DNA of 64,000 nt, taken from Bdellovibrionota bacterium FG-1 (GTDB taxonomy: Bacteria; Bdellovibrionota; UBA1018). This document shows, one piece after another, positions 40,230 through 50,459 of the stretch. The stretch covers positions 140,148 through 204,147 of the forward strand of contig JBBCAW010000008.1 in assembly GCA_051382295.1 (NCBI GenBank), in the 5' to 3' direction. The position numbers were made by a program, and so were the translations under genes. Every line of letters begins with the position of its first letter. Within the stretch, counting starts at the first letter, position 1. Below the pieces are notes generated by a model that saw only the letters and a list, made by a program, of their open reading frames with translations, was not told where the DNA came from and did not search any database.

Positions 40230-40892
40230 TTAGTGATGACAATGCGGACATGGAGCCCCTTCGCCGGATTTAGCCATCATCAGCGATGATGCGCGGACAC
40301 CAAGCGCCAGTACTCCCGCCGAGATCAGCAAGAGTGCACACAACCGAGGAACTCGCTGAGCAACAGGCCGAAGCACCCGATCCACTAACCACGGAGCAAA
40401 ACTCAACGCCGGGACAGTGCCCAACCAAAAAGCAAAAAGGAAAACCACCCCGGCTAAAGCACTGCGAGTCGCAACCGCCCCCAGCACAAAGCCGTGTAAC
40501 CACCCGCAGGGCAAAAGCGCGGATAAAAGCCCGACCGACAAAGGCTGCCCCCCCGCCTTTTTAAAAAGCACCGAAATCACCCTGTTCGGAAGCGCAAAAA
40601 GATGCGCGCCCTTTCCGCGCCACACATGAACACCCAAGGAAATAAAACCGGCAGCCAAAAAAACCGTGGCGACCCACGAGACCACGCTCATTTCATTGCC
40701 CGAAAGCACCGCTTGCCCCAGGCTCCCCGCCAAGGCCCCCAAACTCAAATACCCGATCAGCCTACCGAGATGATACTGCACCACCGCACCGGAACTCCGC
40801 CCCACCGAAATTGCCAGACCACCGCACATACCAACGCAATGCCCGCTTCCGAGCAAACTCGCGCCCACCACGGCAAACGGGATGGCATTCAT
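40230..40892 (-). CDS. DsbD_2/sulfite-exporter-family membrane protein of the cbb3 operon
   Basis: GSGHCVGMCGG, YHLGRLIGY, LLPCGWL, FWLGTVP. Confidence 0.88.
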   Translation of the reverse strand: MNAIPFAVVGASLLGSGHCVGMCGGLAISVGRSSGAVVQYHLGRLIGYLSLGALAGSLGQAVLSGNEMSVVSWVATVFLAAGFISLGVHVWRGKGAHLFALPNRVISVLFKKAGGQPLSVGLLSALLPCGWLHGFVLGAVATRSALAGVVFLFAFWLGTVPALSFAPWLVDRVLRPVAQRVPRLCALLLISAGVLALGVRASSLMMAKSGEGAPCPHCHH

Positions 40893-40908
40893 CCAATCAT
40901 TTGCGTGG

Positions 40909-42327
40909 CTAATTGAAAGGACCGACAAGTTTAACCTCCCGGATGATTTCGGCACCACTGCCATCTTTTCGATCAAAGGCCACTTGAATTGGCACCGCCA
41001 GTTTACCCATCTTAAGTAGAATTTTTGGAAACCGCACGAAAATATCCATACGATAATTCGCCCCCGCGTCCAACCGAGGTGGACTCGGCGCCATAATCAT
41101 CTCGGCGCCCTGGGAACGGAGCGTCTCAGGCAACGCAATACGAGGCTGCATCGAAGCGAAGGACTGATTTCTCAAATCAACCCTGAAATGATTGACCACC
41201 CAAGCCGATCCGCCTGGACCCACGATCTCTTGGTAGGGGGCCTCAATACCCCGAATAAAATCGGCCGAAATATCCTGACGCCCCCGGAGGGTGACCACCA
41301 ACCCCGCCACCAGAATCGTAATAATGACCAAATAAAACATCGGACGAGGGCGAAAAACTGAGAATGCCTTTTTAGTTTTTCCGGCTAAAGCATCGTATCG
41401 AATTAAACCCCGAGGCTTATTAAAACGAGTCATCACCGCATCGCAAGCATCCATGCAAGCCGTACACGCGATACACTCCAACTGGGTCCCCCGGCGAATA
41501 TCGATGCCGGTAGGACAAACGCCCACGCAACGATAACAACTAATACAATCGCCCTGATTTTTTAAATCCGTCACCGAAGACTTACGAGGCTCGCCTCGAC
41601 TGGTGTCGTAGTACACCACCATCGACTCATCATCCATGAGTACGGATTGGAAGCGCGCATAAGGACATACCACCACGCAAAACTGCTCGCGGAACCACCC
41701 AAAATCAAAAAGACTAAAACTCGTCACAAACCCCATGACCAAAAAACTCGCGGGATATTCGGACGGGGAGGACCGAAGCATCTGCCCGATCTGTTGAGGA
41801 CCAACGAAGTAAGCTAAAAAACTATGGCTAATGACTAAAGAAATCGCGCCAAAAATCAGCCACTTCAGGCCTTTCAGTAGAATTTTATGTAGGGTCCAAT
41901 TCCCCTGATCGAGCTTTTTACGATCCCGCCAATCTCCTTCGATCCAGCGTTCAATTTTTCTAAACACAGAATCAACAAATACGGTCTGGGGGCAGGCCCA
42001 ACCACACCAAACTCTACCCCAGACCGCGGTAACAAAAGCCCAACTAAAGACGATGCCCCCGAAAATGAAAAACAACATCGGAGCGTCATGAGCCCAAAAC
42101 ATCAGACCTAAAATTGAAAAACGACGTCCGGCAATATCCAAGAGAATCGCAGGTTTTCCAGCCACTTTAAGCCAGGGCAAGGCAAGAAATAACAGGATCA
42201 ATCCCGTACTTACTCCACTTCGAAGGGACCGAAACTTTCCAGCCACATCTTGCGGATAAAGATAAACCCGATGACCTTCTTGATCCGTCGTCGCTAAATG
42301 ATCTGAGGGGAGCTCATTGATATTCAT
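40909..42327 (-). CDS. ccoG: cbb3 oxidase accessory protein (cupric reductase)
   Basis: GRVWCGWACPQTVF, CPYARFQ, CISCYRCVGVCPTGIDIR, CIACTACMDAC. Confidence 0.95.
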   Translation of the reverse strand: MNINELPSDHLATTDQEGHRVYLYPQDVAGKFRSLRSGVSTGLILLFLALPWLKVAGKPAILLDIAGRRFSILGLMFWAHDAPMLFFIFGGIVFSWAFVTAVWGRVWCGWACPQTVFVDSVFRKIERWIEGDWRDRKKLDQGNWTLHKILLKGLKWLIFGAISLVISHSFLAYFVGPQQIGQMLRSSPSEYPASFLVMGFVTSFSLFDFGWFREQFCVVVCPYARFQSVLMDDESMVVYYDTSRGEPRKSSVTDLKNQGDCISCYRCVGVCPTGIDIRRGTQLECIACTACMDACDAVMTRFNKPRGLIRYDALAGKTKKAFSVFRPRPMFYLVIITILVAGLVVTLRGRQDISADFIRGIEAPYQEIVGPGGSAWVVNHFRVDLRNQSFASMQPRIALPETLRSQGAEMIMAPSPPRLDAGANYRMDIFVRFPKILLKMGKLAVPIQVAFDRKDGSGAEIIREVKLVGPFN

Positions 42328-42863
42328 TCGATGATCACTTTTTCACCCTGCGGGGCTTTGGGATTCGGAGGATTTGTTCCGCGAAGCGAACGAATATACC
42401 CTGCGACCGAGTAAATCTCGTCCGGTTTAAGCAGCGGCCCCCACGGCGGCATCCCCTTGTCCGCCACCCCGGTAGTGATCGTTTTAACGATATCGGTCAG
42501 CTGACCTCCATGAATCCAATAATCATCCGTCAGATTCGGACCAATGTTTCCCTGCCCTTGAGGACCATGACAAGGAAGGCATTTACCCTGAAATATCTGT
42601 TGTCCCAAAGCACGATGCTCCGGCTGCTTGATATAAGTCTTGAGTTCGTCTTCAGTCATGGCTTTTGCGCTACTCCCCACCGCCGCCTTTTTTTGCTCAA
42701 TGCTTCGCATGTCAGCGGCGTATTCCTGAACCAACGATGGTCCTGTGCCAAGGCTGTAATAGGCGAAATACCCTGCCGCAAAAATAATGGAGCCGTATAG
42801 GATACCTAACCACCAACGAGGAAGAAAATTATCATGCTCCTCAATGCCATCGTAATCGGTCAT
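42324..42863 (-). CDS. ccoP: cbb3 oxidase subunit III, monoheme form
   Basis: YDGIEEHDNFLPRWW, a single CLPCH, GPNLTDDYWIHGG, KGMPPWG. Confidence 0.92.
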   Translation of the reverse strand: MTDYDGIEEHDNFLPRWWLGILYGSIIFAAGYFAYYSLGTGPSLVQEYAADMRSIEQKKAAVGSSAKAMTEDELKTYIKQPEHRALGQQIFQGKCLPCHGPQGQGNIGPNLTDDYWIHGGQLTDIVKTITTGVADKGMPPWGPLLKPDEIYSVAGYIRSLRGTNPPNPKAPQGEKVIIE

Positions 42864-43036
42864 GATTCATCCACTCCTTGCTCCCTCAGCGGAGCGGCGG
42901 ACATCTCGGCGTAAAAAGCGGAGCTTCCCTTTCGAAAAACCCAACCCACCGCACCTAAAAAAACCGTTAAGAAAAGAAAAAGCCCCAAGCAAGTCAACCA
43001 GGGAAACGGAAACTTAGAAACGACTTCCGCCATCAT
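42860..43036 (-). CDS. ccoQ: cbb3 oxidase subunit IV (58 aa, not in ORF track)
   Basis: MMAEVVSKFPFPWLTCLGLFLFLTVFLGAVGWVFRKGSSAFYAEMSAAPLREQGVDES*; ATGA overlaps at both ends. Confidence 0.85.
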   Translation of the reverse strand: MMAEVVSKFPFPWLTCLGLFLFLTVFLGAVGWVFRKGSSAFYAEMSAAPLREQGVDES

Positions 43037-45195
43037 TTGATGCCACCCTTCTTAAAGTCAGCGCCGAGCCTTTGGAGATAGGAAATCAGAGGAATAATTT
43101 CCTTATCTTCTATACCAGCAGGAGCGCCTTGAATTTTAAGTCCGTTAGCAATTTGCTGGGCTTCCGCCTGTCCATCGGCCACCGCGTGCTCCAATTCTGC
43201 ATCCGTATAAGGAACCCCCAACTGTTTCATGACTTGAAGCTTTTTAGGAAAAATCGCAAAATCTGTTTTGTCGCTAAACAGCCATGGGTAAACCGGCATA
43301 ATCGATCCGGCAGTCACATCCCGGGGATCCATCATGTGGCGATAATGCCATAGATCCGGATATTTTCCACCCACGCGAGCCAAGTCAGGACCGGTTCGCT
43401 TGGAGCCCCACTGAAACGGATGATCGTACACCGACTCCTCCGATCGAGAATAAGCGCCAAAGCGTAAAGTTTCTGCAACCAGCGGCCGAATCATTTGCGA
43501 GTGACAAAGATAGCAACCCTCGCGAACATAGATATCCCGGCCATGAAGCTGAAGTGCCGAGTAGGGTTTGATATTAGGGTGCGCTTCAACCAATTCCCCG
43601 ATCAAGAAGGTGGGCACGATCTCAATCAAGCTACCAATGGCCACCGCCACCGTCGCAAGAACCGTGAAGACGTAAGGCAAGCCTTCCAGCTTGCGATGCA
43701 CGCCATCACCAAGTTCAGCAAGCTTAGGCGTACGAAAAGCGAGCGCCGAAACAACGTCAGGCCCGGTACTTTTGGGCGCCAAACGGATGGTTTTGAAAAT
43801 ATTATAAAGCATGGTGAGAAAACCCGTAAAGTACATCATCCCACCGCAAGCACGAACCCAGTAAAGCGGCACAATCTTCGTGACGGTTTCGATAAAATCC
43901 GGATACACAAGATGGCCAGATGAATCCATTGCCCGAAGCATCAACCCTTGGGTAATCCCAGCGGCCCACATCGACAAGTAATACATCAGGATGCCAATCG
44001 TACCGATCCAGAAGTGGATATTGGCCAAACGCCTACTGAAAAGCTCGGTTTTCCAGAGTTTTGGAACTAAATAGTAAATCATGGCAAAAGACAGGAAACC
44101 ATTCCAACCTAAAGTACCGCCATGGACATGACCAATAATCCAATCAGTATAATGGGCCAGGCCATTGACCGACTTAATCGCAAGCAGCGGCCCTTCGAAC
44201 GTTGTCATCCCGTAAAACGTAATAGCCGTAACGAACATTTTGAGTATCGGATCAGCTCGCACCTTGTCCCAAGCACCACGAAGCGTGAGCAAGCCATTGA
44301 TCATCCCACCCCAACTCGGTGCCCAGAGCATGACTGAAAAAACCATCCCCAAAGTCTGAGCCCACTCAGGAAGAGCGGTATAAAGCAGGTGATGGGGACC
44401 CGCCCAAATGTAAATAAAAACCAAGGACCAAAAATGCACAATGGACAGTCGATAGCTGTATATGGGTCGATTGGCCGCCTTCGGCAAGAAATAATACATC
44501 AGACCCAAAAATGGCGTGGTCAAAAAGAAAGCCACGGCGTTGTGGCCATACCACCATTGAACCAAGGCATCCTGCGCACCGGCATAAATGGGGTAACTCT
44601 TCCAAAAGCTGACCGGAAGATTGATCGTATTGATCACATGCAAAAGCGCAACGGTGACAATCGTGGCGATATAAAACCAAATCGCCACATACATATGCTT
44701 TTCGCGTCGTTTGGCAATAGTACCAAAGAAATTGACTGCAAAAACCAGCCAAATGACCGTGACCATAAGACTTATCGGCCACTCCAGCTCCGCATACTCC
44801 TTGCCCACGGTCAATCCGAGCGGCAAAGTAATCGCCGCCGAAACGATAATGAGCTGCCAACCCCAAAAATGAAGCTTACTTAAAAGATCCGAAAACATCC
44901 GGGTTTTCAATAAGCGCTGGGTTGAGTAATAGATCCCGGCAAAAATCGCATTACCCGCAAAGGCAAAAATAGCAGCATTAGTATGCAAAGGCCTCAGACG
45001 GCCGAAGGTCGTCCAGGGAATCCCGAGGTTAACGCGCCAATCCGCCAATTCAAGCGCGATAACAATGCCGACCAAAAATGCGACCAAACCAAAAACCAAA
45101 GTCGCTAAAATAAATTTTTTGACGATCTCGTCGTCATATGAAAACTTTTCCATCACTTCGGACTGAGAGCCCAAGGCTTTTGCACTGATATTCAT
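43033..45195 (-). CDS. ccoN: fused cbb3 oxidase subunits I and II (CcoN-CcoO)
   Basis: RLRPLHTNAAIFAF, WWYGHNAVAF, WAGPHHL, GHVHGG, then GCYLCHSQMIRP and WGSKRTGPDLAR in the same frame. Confidence 0.96.
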   Translation of the reverse strand: MNISAKALGSQSEVMEKFSYDDEIVKKFILATLVFGLVAFLVGIVIALELADWRVNLGIPWTTFGRLRPLHTNAAIFAFAGNAIFAGIYYSTQRLLKTRMFSDLLSKLHFWGWQLIIVSAAITLPLGLTVGKEYAELEWPISLMVTVIWLVFAVNFFGTIAKRREKHMYVAIWFYIATIVTVALLHVINTINLPVSFWKSYPIYAGAQDALVQWWYGHNAVAFFLTTPFLGLMYYFLPKAANRPIYSYRLSIVHFWSLVFIYIWAGPHHLLYTALPEWAQTLGMVFSVMLWAPSWGGMINGLLTLRGAWDKVRADPILKMFVTAITFYGMTTFEGPLLAIKSVNGLAHYTDWIIGHVHGGTLGWNGFLSFAMIYYLVPKLWKTELFSRRLANIHFWIGTIGILMYYLSMWAAGITQGLMLRAMDSSGHLVYPDFIETVTKIVPLYWVRACGGMMYFTGFLTMLYNIFKTIRLAPKSTGPDVVSALAFRTPKLAELGDGVHRKLEGLPYVFTVLATVAVAIGSLIEIVPTFLIGELVEAHPNIKPYSALQLHGRDIYVREGCYLCHSQMIRPLVAETLRFGAYSRSEESVYDHPFQWGSKRTGPDLARVGGKYPDLWHYRHMMDPRDVTAGSIMPVYPWLFSDKTDFAIFPKKLQVMKQLGVPYTDAELEHAVADGQAEAQQIANGLKIQGAPAGIEDKEIIPLISYLQRLGADFKKGGIK

Positions 45196-45217
45196 GAATG
45201 CTGACTCCTGATGTTTC

Positions 45218-45361
45218 TCATTCTTCTTCCTCAAGTAAAACTCGATGCGCCGGGGTTTCCAAGTCTTCGAATTGTCCACTGGATGCCATCCAAATAAACC
45301 CGGCCACAAAACTTCCCCCTAGCAATAACGCAATTGGGAGCAAAATATGAACTACATTCAT
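45218..45361 (-). CDS. ccoS: cbb3 oxidase maturation protein (47 aa, not in ORF track)
   Basis: MNVVHILLPIALLLGGSFVAGFIWMASSGQFEDLETPAHRVLLEEEE*; GQFEDL motif. Confidence 0.9.
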   Translation of the reverse strand: MNVVHILLPIALLLGGSFVAGFIWMASSGQFEDLETPAHRVLLEEEE

Positions 45362-47775
45362 GGCGACTCTTCCTTTAACGCTTCACGCAAGCTTCGAGTT
45401 CCCCAAGTCGCCGAAGCAAAAACGGCAAATGCACTGATCGGCATCAAGACGGCCGCAAAAAGGGGACTCACTTTTCCAGTGGCTGCTGCCGAGATCACTC
45501 CCATGTTGTATATCAACGAAATGAAAAAATTACGACGGACCACTTTCATGGTTTCCCGTGCGATGCGCACCACTTGTGGGACACGGATCAGACCCGGCCT
45601 CGAAAGATAGACATCCGCAGCCCGAATGCTCGCCTCCAATCCGCCGTGAACTGCCATACTCACGAACGCAGAGGCCAAGGCCACCGCATCATTAGCCCCA
45701 TCACCCACCATCAATGACTGTGACTCGCCCCCGACCACCGCTTTTTTCCGCTCCGGTGTCGCCCCAGAAAAGGCAAAAGAAGAATCCACACCCAATCGAC
45801 GAGCCACCTGCGCTACAGCTTGAGCCGAATCACCGGACAAAATCGCTAGCTTTAATCCTAGCGATCTCATTTCGTCGATCGCCCGACCCGTATCCTGGCG
45901 AAGTGGATCCCCCAAGGAGGCGGTACCTAACAAGTCCAAGCCCCCCCAAAGAGAGACGCGGGTTTCAGGATCGTTTGAATGTGCTCCCAAACCTACCGCC
46001 CCCCCGCGGACGTCCGCCGCTCCCAACCGATAACTTTGACCAGAAACAACCCCCGAAACCCCTTCTCCCATGCGCTCGATAAAATTCGAAACCTCCGGCA
46101 AATCTGCACCGAGCAAAGGTTTAAAATGCCTCATCAAAGCCTGCGCAATCGGATGTACGGAACGTGACTCCAGCGCGACAATGACTTCTGCTATCTCTGC
46201 CTCGGGCCGCTCAGATTGCCAAGTCAAAACACTGAAGCGCCCCTCAGTCAAAGTGCCGGTCTTATCTAAAAATACAGTCTTGATACGACTGAGACGCTCT
46301 AACACGTCCGCTCCTTTGATCAAGACTCCGCCACGCGCACAGCGCCCCAATGAAACCGCAAAGGTCAGGGGAGTCGCCAAAGCAAAAGCACAAGGGCAAG
46401 TCACCAGCGCTACTGCGAGCGCGCGGCTCAAAGCCTCTTCCCAACCGCCTGACCATCCCGCCACAAAAACCAAAGGTAACAACAAAAGGGTCAAAGCAAT
46501 AAAACCCTGGGAAACCCGGTCTGAAAAGGCCACAATCGGCGCCCTTTTTTGAAGACTGGCTTCCATGGACTCGAAAATTTTTCCAACGCGCGTTTCCCGT
46601 CCCGACCGAGACACGCGAATGACCAACGGGGATTGTAAATTCAGGGTACCCGCAAATATCCCCATCCCGACGTCGACACGCTCCGGACGGGCCTCCCCAG
46701 TTAAAAGCGAGGCATTAATGGCACTCCGCCCTTCAAGCACCTCGCCGTCCACAGGAATACACTCCCCGGCCCATACCTCGACCGTGTCGCCCTCAACAAG
46801 ATCCTCAACCCGCACCCTGCCACCCCCCTGAGAAGACCTTAACCTTGCTAACGAGGGAATCAGAAAATGAGCGAGGCTCGAGGCATTCAACGAGGACAGC
46901 TGTACCCTCCTCAGGAAATAGCGACTGGCTAATAGCAAAAAGACTAAGCTCGCCACAGAGTCAAAATAAATTCTTTTGTCGCCCCGAAAAAGGTTCACCA
47001 CACTCACGGCATACGAAACACCCACGCCCACCGCAATCGGAACATCGATTGAAAGCTGCCTCATTCGAAGGGCCGCCCAGGACGACCGATAAAAAGGCTG
47101 AGCGCAATAGAAAATCACCGGCAAACACAACAAAAAACTCGCCCAGCGGAACTCCTGAGCAAGGCGGCCATCAGCGCCGGCATAAAGTGAAATCGCTAAA
47201 ATCATCAAATTGCCCGCGGCCGCCCCGGCAATCCCTAATTGAATCAAAAGACGACGATCCTCTTTTTTTCGAAGTACCTCAGCTTCAGAAGTTTTGATCG
47301 GATGAGCTCGGTAGCCGAGCTTAAGAAACTCCTCAGCCGCAGCCCCGTAGAAACCCCCGCCAGTACCAAGCCGCACAGTCGCTACCGCACTCGAAAGATC
47401 CAGCCGAACGGACTCAACGCCCGGAACGAGGCGTGGCAACTTTTCAACTAACCAAACACACGCCGCGCAATGAACCCCCTCCAAATAAAAACGCATAGCG
47501 CCATCTTTTTCATAGAGAGCGCGTGTTTCAACCTGATCCAAATAATCATAGACGCTCGGCTCCAACTCCCCGATGGGACGAAAAGACGATCCCGTTTGGG
47601 ACCGAATGTCATAATAGCGAGAAAGACCGGCGCCTTGTAGAATTTTGTAAACAGTTTCACACCCCGCACAGCAAAACTGTGAACGCATTCGAGAAGGGAC
47701 CCCTGTAGAACAATGCAGACAACGCCGCGATTCAAGCACGGCCGAAGTGGAACCTACCGACTCGCTTGAAATCAT
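45358..47775 (-). CDS. ccoI: Cu-transporting P1B ATPase for cbb3 assembly
   Basis: CLHC/FCCAGC, HCAAC, CPCA, DKTGTLT, GDGAND, YN...MPIS. Confidence 0.93.
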   Translation of the reverse strand: MISSESVGSTSAVLESRRCLHCSTGVPSRMRSQFCCAGCETVYKILQGAGLSRYYDIRSQTGSSFRPIGELEPSVYDYLDQVETRALYEKDGAMRFYLEGVHCAACVWLVEKLPRLVPGVESVRLDLSSAVATVRLGTGGGFYGAAAEEFLKLGYRAHPIKTSEAEVLRKKEDRRLLIQLGIAGAAAGNLMILAISLYAGADGRLAQEFRWASFLLCLPVIFYCAQPFYRSSWAALRMRQLSIDVPIAVGVGVSYAVSVVNLFRGDKRIYFDSVASLVFLLLASRYFLRRVQLSSLNASSLAHFLIPSLARLRSSQGGGRVRVEDLVEGDTVEVWAGECIPVDGEVLEGRSAINASLLTGEARPERVDVGMGIFAGTLNLQSPLVIRVSRSGRETRVGKIFESMEASLQKRAPIVAFSDRVSQGFIALTLLLLPLVFVAGWSGGWEEALSRALAVALVTCPCAFALATPLTFAVSLGRCARGGVLIKGADVLERLSRIKTVFLDKTGTLTEGRFSVLTWQSERPEAEIAEVIVALESRSVHPIAQALMRHFKPLLGADLPEVSNFIERMGEGVSGVVSGQSYRLGAADVRGGAVGLGAHSNDPETRVSLWGGLDLLGTASLGDPLRQDTGRAIDEMRSLGLKLAILSGDSAQAVAQVARRLGVDSSFAFSGATPERKKAVVGGESQSLMVGDGANDAVALASAFVSMAVHGGLEASIRAADVYLSRPGLIRVPQVVRIARETMKVVRRNFFISLIYNMGVISAAATGKVSPLFAAVLMPISAFAVFASATWGTRSLREALKEESP

Positions 47776-47869
47776 TATATTCCCTCATAATATTCCCTCA
47801 TATTCCCACCAGTAAAAGTTGCTGTTTTAACGCGCCTATGAGAGGTTTCATAACAAATATTGGGGATTT

Positions 47870-49336
47870 ATGAACGCAAAAAAGGGAAGAATTGTCATTA
47901 TCGATGATGATCATGAGATGCGGTCACTGCTCGAAGATTTTTTAAGCAGCGCGGGCTATCAAGTGACCAGTTTTCCATTGGCTACCGAAGCACTTCAAGC
48001 CCTCAGTCCTGACGGACGCCTATCGGCGTCAGCGTTGGAAGGAGAAATTGACGTCATTATCTCGGACATAAAAATGCCGCAAATGGACGGCCTCGAATTT
48101 ACCTCACGGGTGCGTTCCCTCCGACCCGAAATCCCCACCATTCTGATCACAGCTTTTGGGAGTATCGAGACCGCAATCGAGGCTATGAAGCGGGGAGCTT
48201 TCCACTATGTGGTCAAGCCATTTAAGCTCTCCGAAATGGGCGTAAATGTTGAGAGGGCCCTCGAACATCGCAGGCTTCAAAGAGACAATATGGTTCTACG
48301 AAAGGAAATCAAAAAGACCTACAGCTTGGGTAGAACAGGTGACGTCATCGGCAGAAGTCCTGCCATGCGCCAGGTCTTCGACCTCGTCGCGCGAGTTTCA
48401 CAGGCTACGGCAAATATTCTCATTACGGGCGAAAGCGGCACGGGAAAGGAAATTATCGCTCGCGCGATTCACAACACCGGGCCGCGCGCGACTAAACCTT
48501 TTGTAGCCATTAACTGTACGGCCATTCCAGAAACCCTGCTTGAAAGCGAGCTTTTTGGTCATGCTAAAGGATCATTCACCGGCGCAATTCAACGCAAACG
48601 AGGACTATTTGAGGAAGCCCATGGCGGCACGCTCTTTCTCGACGAAATCGGAGATATGGATGTATCCCTTCAATCGAAGCTTTTACGGGTAATTCAGGAG
48701 AAAAAGGTTCGGGCAGTGGGAGATAACGTCTCTCACGATGTGGACGTCCGGATCATTGCCGCAACCCATAAAGACATCAAATCAGCCATGAAAGACGGTC
48801 GTTTTCGAGACGATCTCTATTATCGACTCAGTGTGATTCCCATTGTGATCCCCCCCCTGCGTCACCGACCCGAGGATATTCCGGCATTGGCTGAGCATTT
48901 TTTACGCAAATCCGCGGCGGCCAACAATGTGGCTGTTCACGGCTTTACCAAGCGTGCCATGGCCAAACTCCTGGGTCGTCGCTGGGAAGGGAATGTTCGG
49001 GAACTCGAAAACCTCATCGAACGGACGACGGTGCTTTGTCCGAACCCCTTAATCGACGAGTCTGACATTCCAGCCCCGGATACTTCCAATGCCGAGCAAT
49101 TTTTTGTAGGATCCACGCAGGATTCCCCCTCCATCGATCAGCTCGAGGAGCGATATATCCGCCTTGTCCTTGAAAAAACCGGCGGCCGTAAGGATAAGGC
49201 CTCGCAGATTCTGGGCGTGAATCGACGAACGCTTTATCGAAAACTCAAGCAATATGGCTTATCGGATGGAACGGGCGAGGAGCATTTCGAGGAAGATTCG
49301 CACAACCACGACCCTCAAGATCACCACGAACACTAA
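47870..49336 (+). CDS. sigma54-dependent response regulator with His-rich tail
   Basis: IIDDD, DIKMP, GESGTGKE, GSFTGA, WEGNVREL, RRTLYRK; ends HFEEDSHNHDPQDHHEH. Confidence 0.93.
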   Translation: MNAKKGRIVIIDDDHEMRSLLEDFLSSAGYQVTSFPLATEALQALSPDGRLSASALEGEIDVIISDIKMPQMDGLEFTSRVRSLRPEIPTILITAFGSIETAIEAMKRGAFHYVVKPFKLSEMGVNVERALEHRRLQRDNMVLRKEIKKTYSLGRTGDVIGRSPAMRQVFDLVARVSQATANILITGESGTGKEIIARAIHNTGPRATKPFVAINCTAIPETLLESELFGHAKGSFTGAIQRKRGLFEEAHGGTLFLDEIGDMDVSLQSKLLRVIQEKKVRAVGDNVSHDVDVRIIAATHKDIKSAMKDGRFRDDLYYRLSVIPIVIPPLRHRPEDIPALAEHFLRKSAAANNVAVHGFTKRAMAKLLGRRWEGNVRELENLIERTTVLCPNPLIDESDIPAPDTSNAEQFFVGSTQDSPSIDQLEERYIRLVLEKTGGRKDKASQILGVNRRTLYRKLKQYGLSDGTGEEHFEEDSHNHDPQDHHEH

Positions 49337-49344
49337 TCAACCGG

Positions 49345-50283
49345 TCATTTCGAGTTCCTCACCACCCAAACAGGACAGTGCGCCTCGCGCACCACTTGGC
49401 GAGCAATACTTCCCAAAAATGCTGACGTAAGCCGTCCACTTTGAGCAGCTAACGCAATCATTCCCATTTTTTTATTTCGAGCCATTTCTAAAATTTCGCT
49501 CGCAACACTCGACACTTCTGAACTGAAAACAGCCTCTGCATCGACGTCCTCGGTTTTGGCTCGATCCACCCATTGCGCAGCCCGATCGCGCTTTTCTTTT
49601 TCTTCTCGCTGAAGAAAATCCCCCACCGGCATCCATCCGGGCCCGCCCATATAAACGCCGCCCTGTAACACGGGATCGATGGGTTGACGGACTGCGTGAA
49701 ATAAAACCAGACGAGCGCCCAGCTGTTTTGCAAGCCTCAACACCAGCGCAAACACCTTATCAGAGCCAGGGCTAAAATCAGTCGAAAACAATATGCTATC
49801 GATCGGATTGAGTTCGACCTCTGGACCTACGGTCAGTAAAGGGATTTTGGCATCCAGCAAAAGAGTTTCCGTAAAACTTCCTAAAAACAGACGACTCAAC
49901 CCCTTGCGAGCGTGGGTTCCGACAGCGATCAAGTCTGCCTTGGTCTTTACGGCATACTGAAGAAGCGCCCGAACAGAGTGCCGATGAGAAGCAGTCCGTC
50001 CGAACAAAACCACGGGCTTGGAAAGCTCAGAAAATTCAGCACCCGCCAAAACTACTTTCAGCGCTTTTTCGGCCAACGGCCCATACTCTTTGAGCCAAGG
50101 GTCGGTAAAATTGATAGGTAAGTTGAACTCGGCGGGCCCCAGCACATAGACAGGCGCAACTCGCGCTCCGGTTTTTTTGGAAATCTGTTTTAAAAGATGA
50201 ATCAAAGAAGATCGCGTCACGCTCTCCCCTTCAAAAGCATCCAAGGCCCAAACAATTCGCCGCAAACCTTTTCTTTCAGCCAT
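49345..50283 (-). CDS. tandem universal stress protein
   Basis: Two USP repeats: GTHARKGLSRLFLGSFTE and FLGSIARQVVREAHCPVWVV. Confidence 0.92.
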   Translation of the reverse strand: MAERKGLRRIVWALDAFEGESVTRSSLIHLLKQISKKTGARVAPVYVLGPAEFNLPINFTDPWLKEYGPLAEKALKVVLAGAEFSELSKPVVLFGRTASHRHSVRALLQYAVKTKADLIAVGTHARKGLSRLFLGSFTETLLLDAKIPLLTVGPEVELNPIDSILFSTDFSPGSDKVFALVLRLAKQLGARLVLFHAVRQPIDPVLQGGVYMGGPGWMPVGDFLQREEKEKRDRAAQWVDRAKTEDVDAEAVFSSEVSSVASEILEMARNKKMGMIALAAQSGRLTSAFLGSIARQVVREAHCPVWVVRNSK

Positions 50284-50459
50284 AAGTTTTTCCCTGCAAA
50301 AATTTTATCCGATTTTACTATTGATGTAACGTCCTATTCCTAGCGAGGTGCAAAAGAACCTTCGAAATGACCGAACACAAATACGGATGCGTGATTGTCA
50401 AACACCATAAAAGAGCACTATAAACATGAGTTGCAACATCATAAGGGAGCGAATGGATC

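Noticed and set aside
45196..45309. N-terminal extension of CcoNO
   Set aside because: Overlaps ccoS; the ATG at 45195 follows AGGAG.
50284..50459. FNR box upstream of the USP/cytochrome genes
   Set aside because: Only a TTGAT half-site; the ATCAA half is absent.
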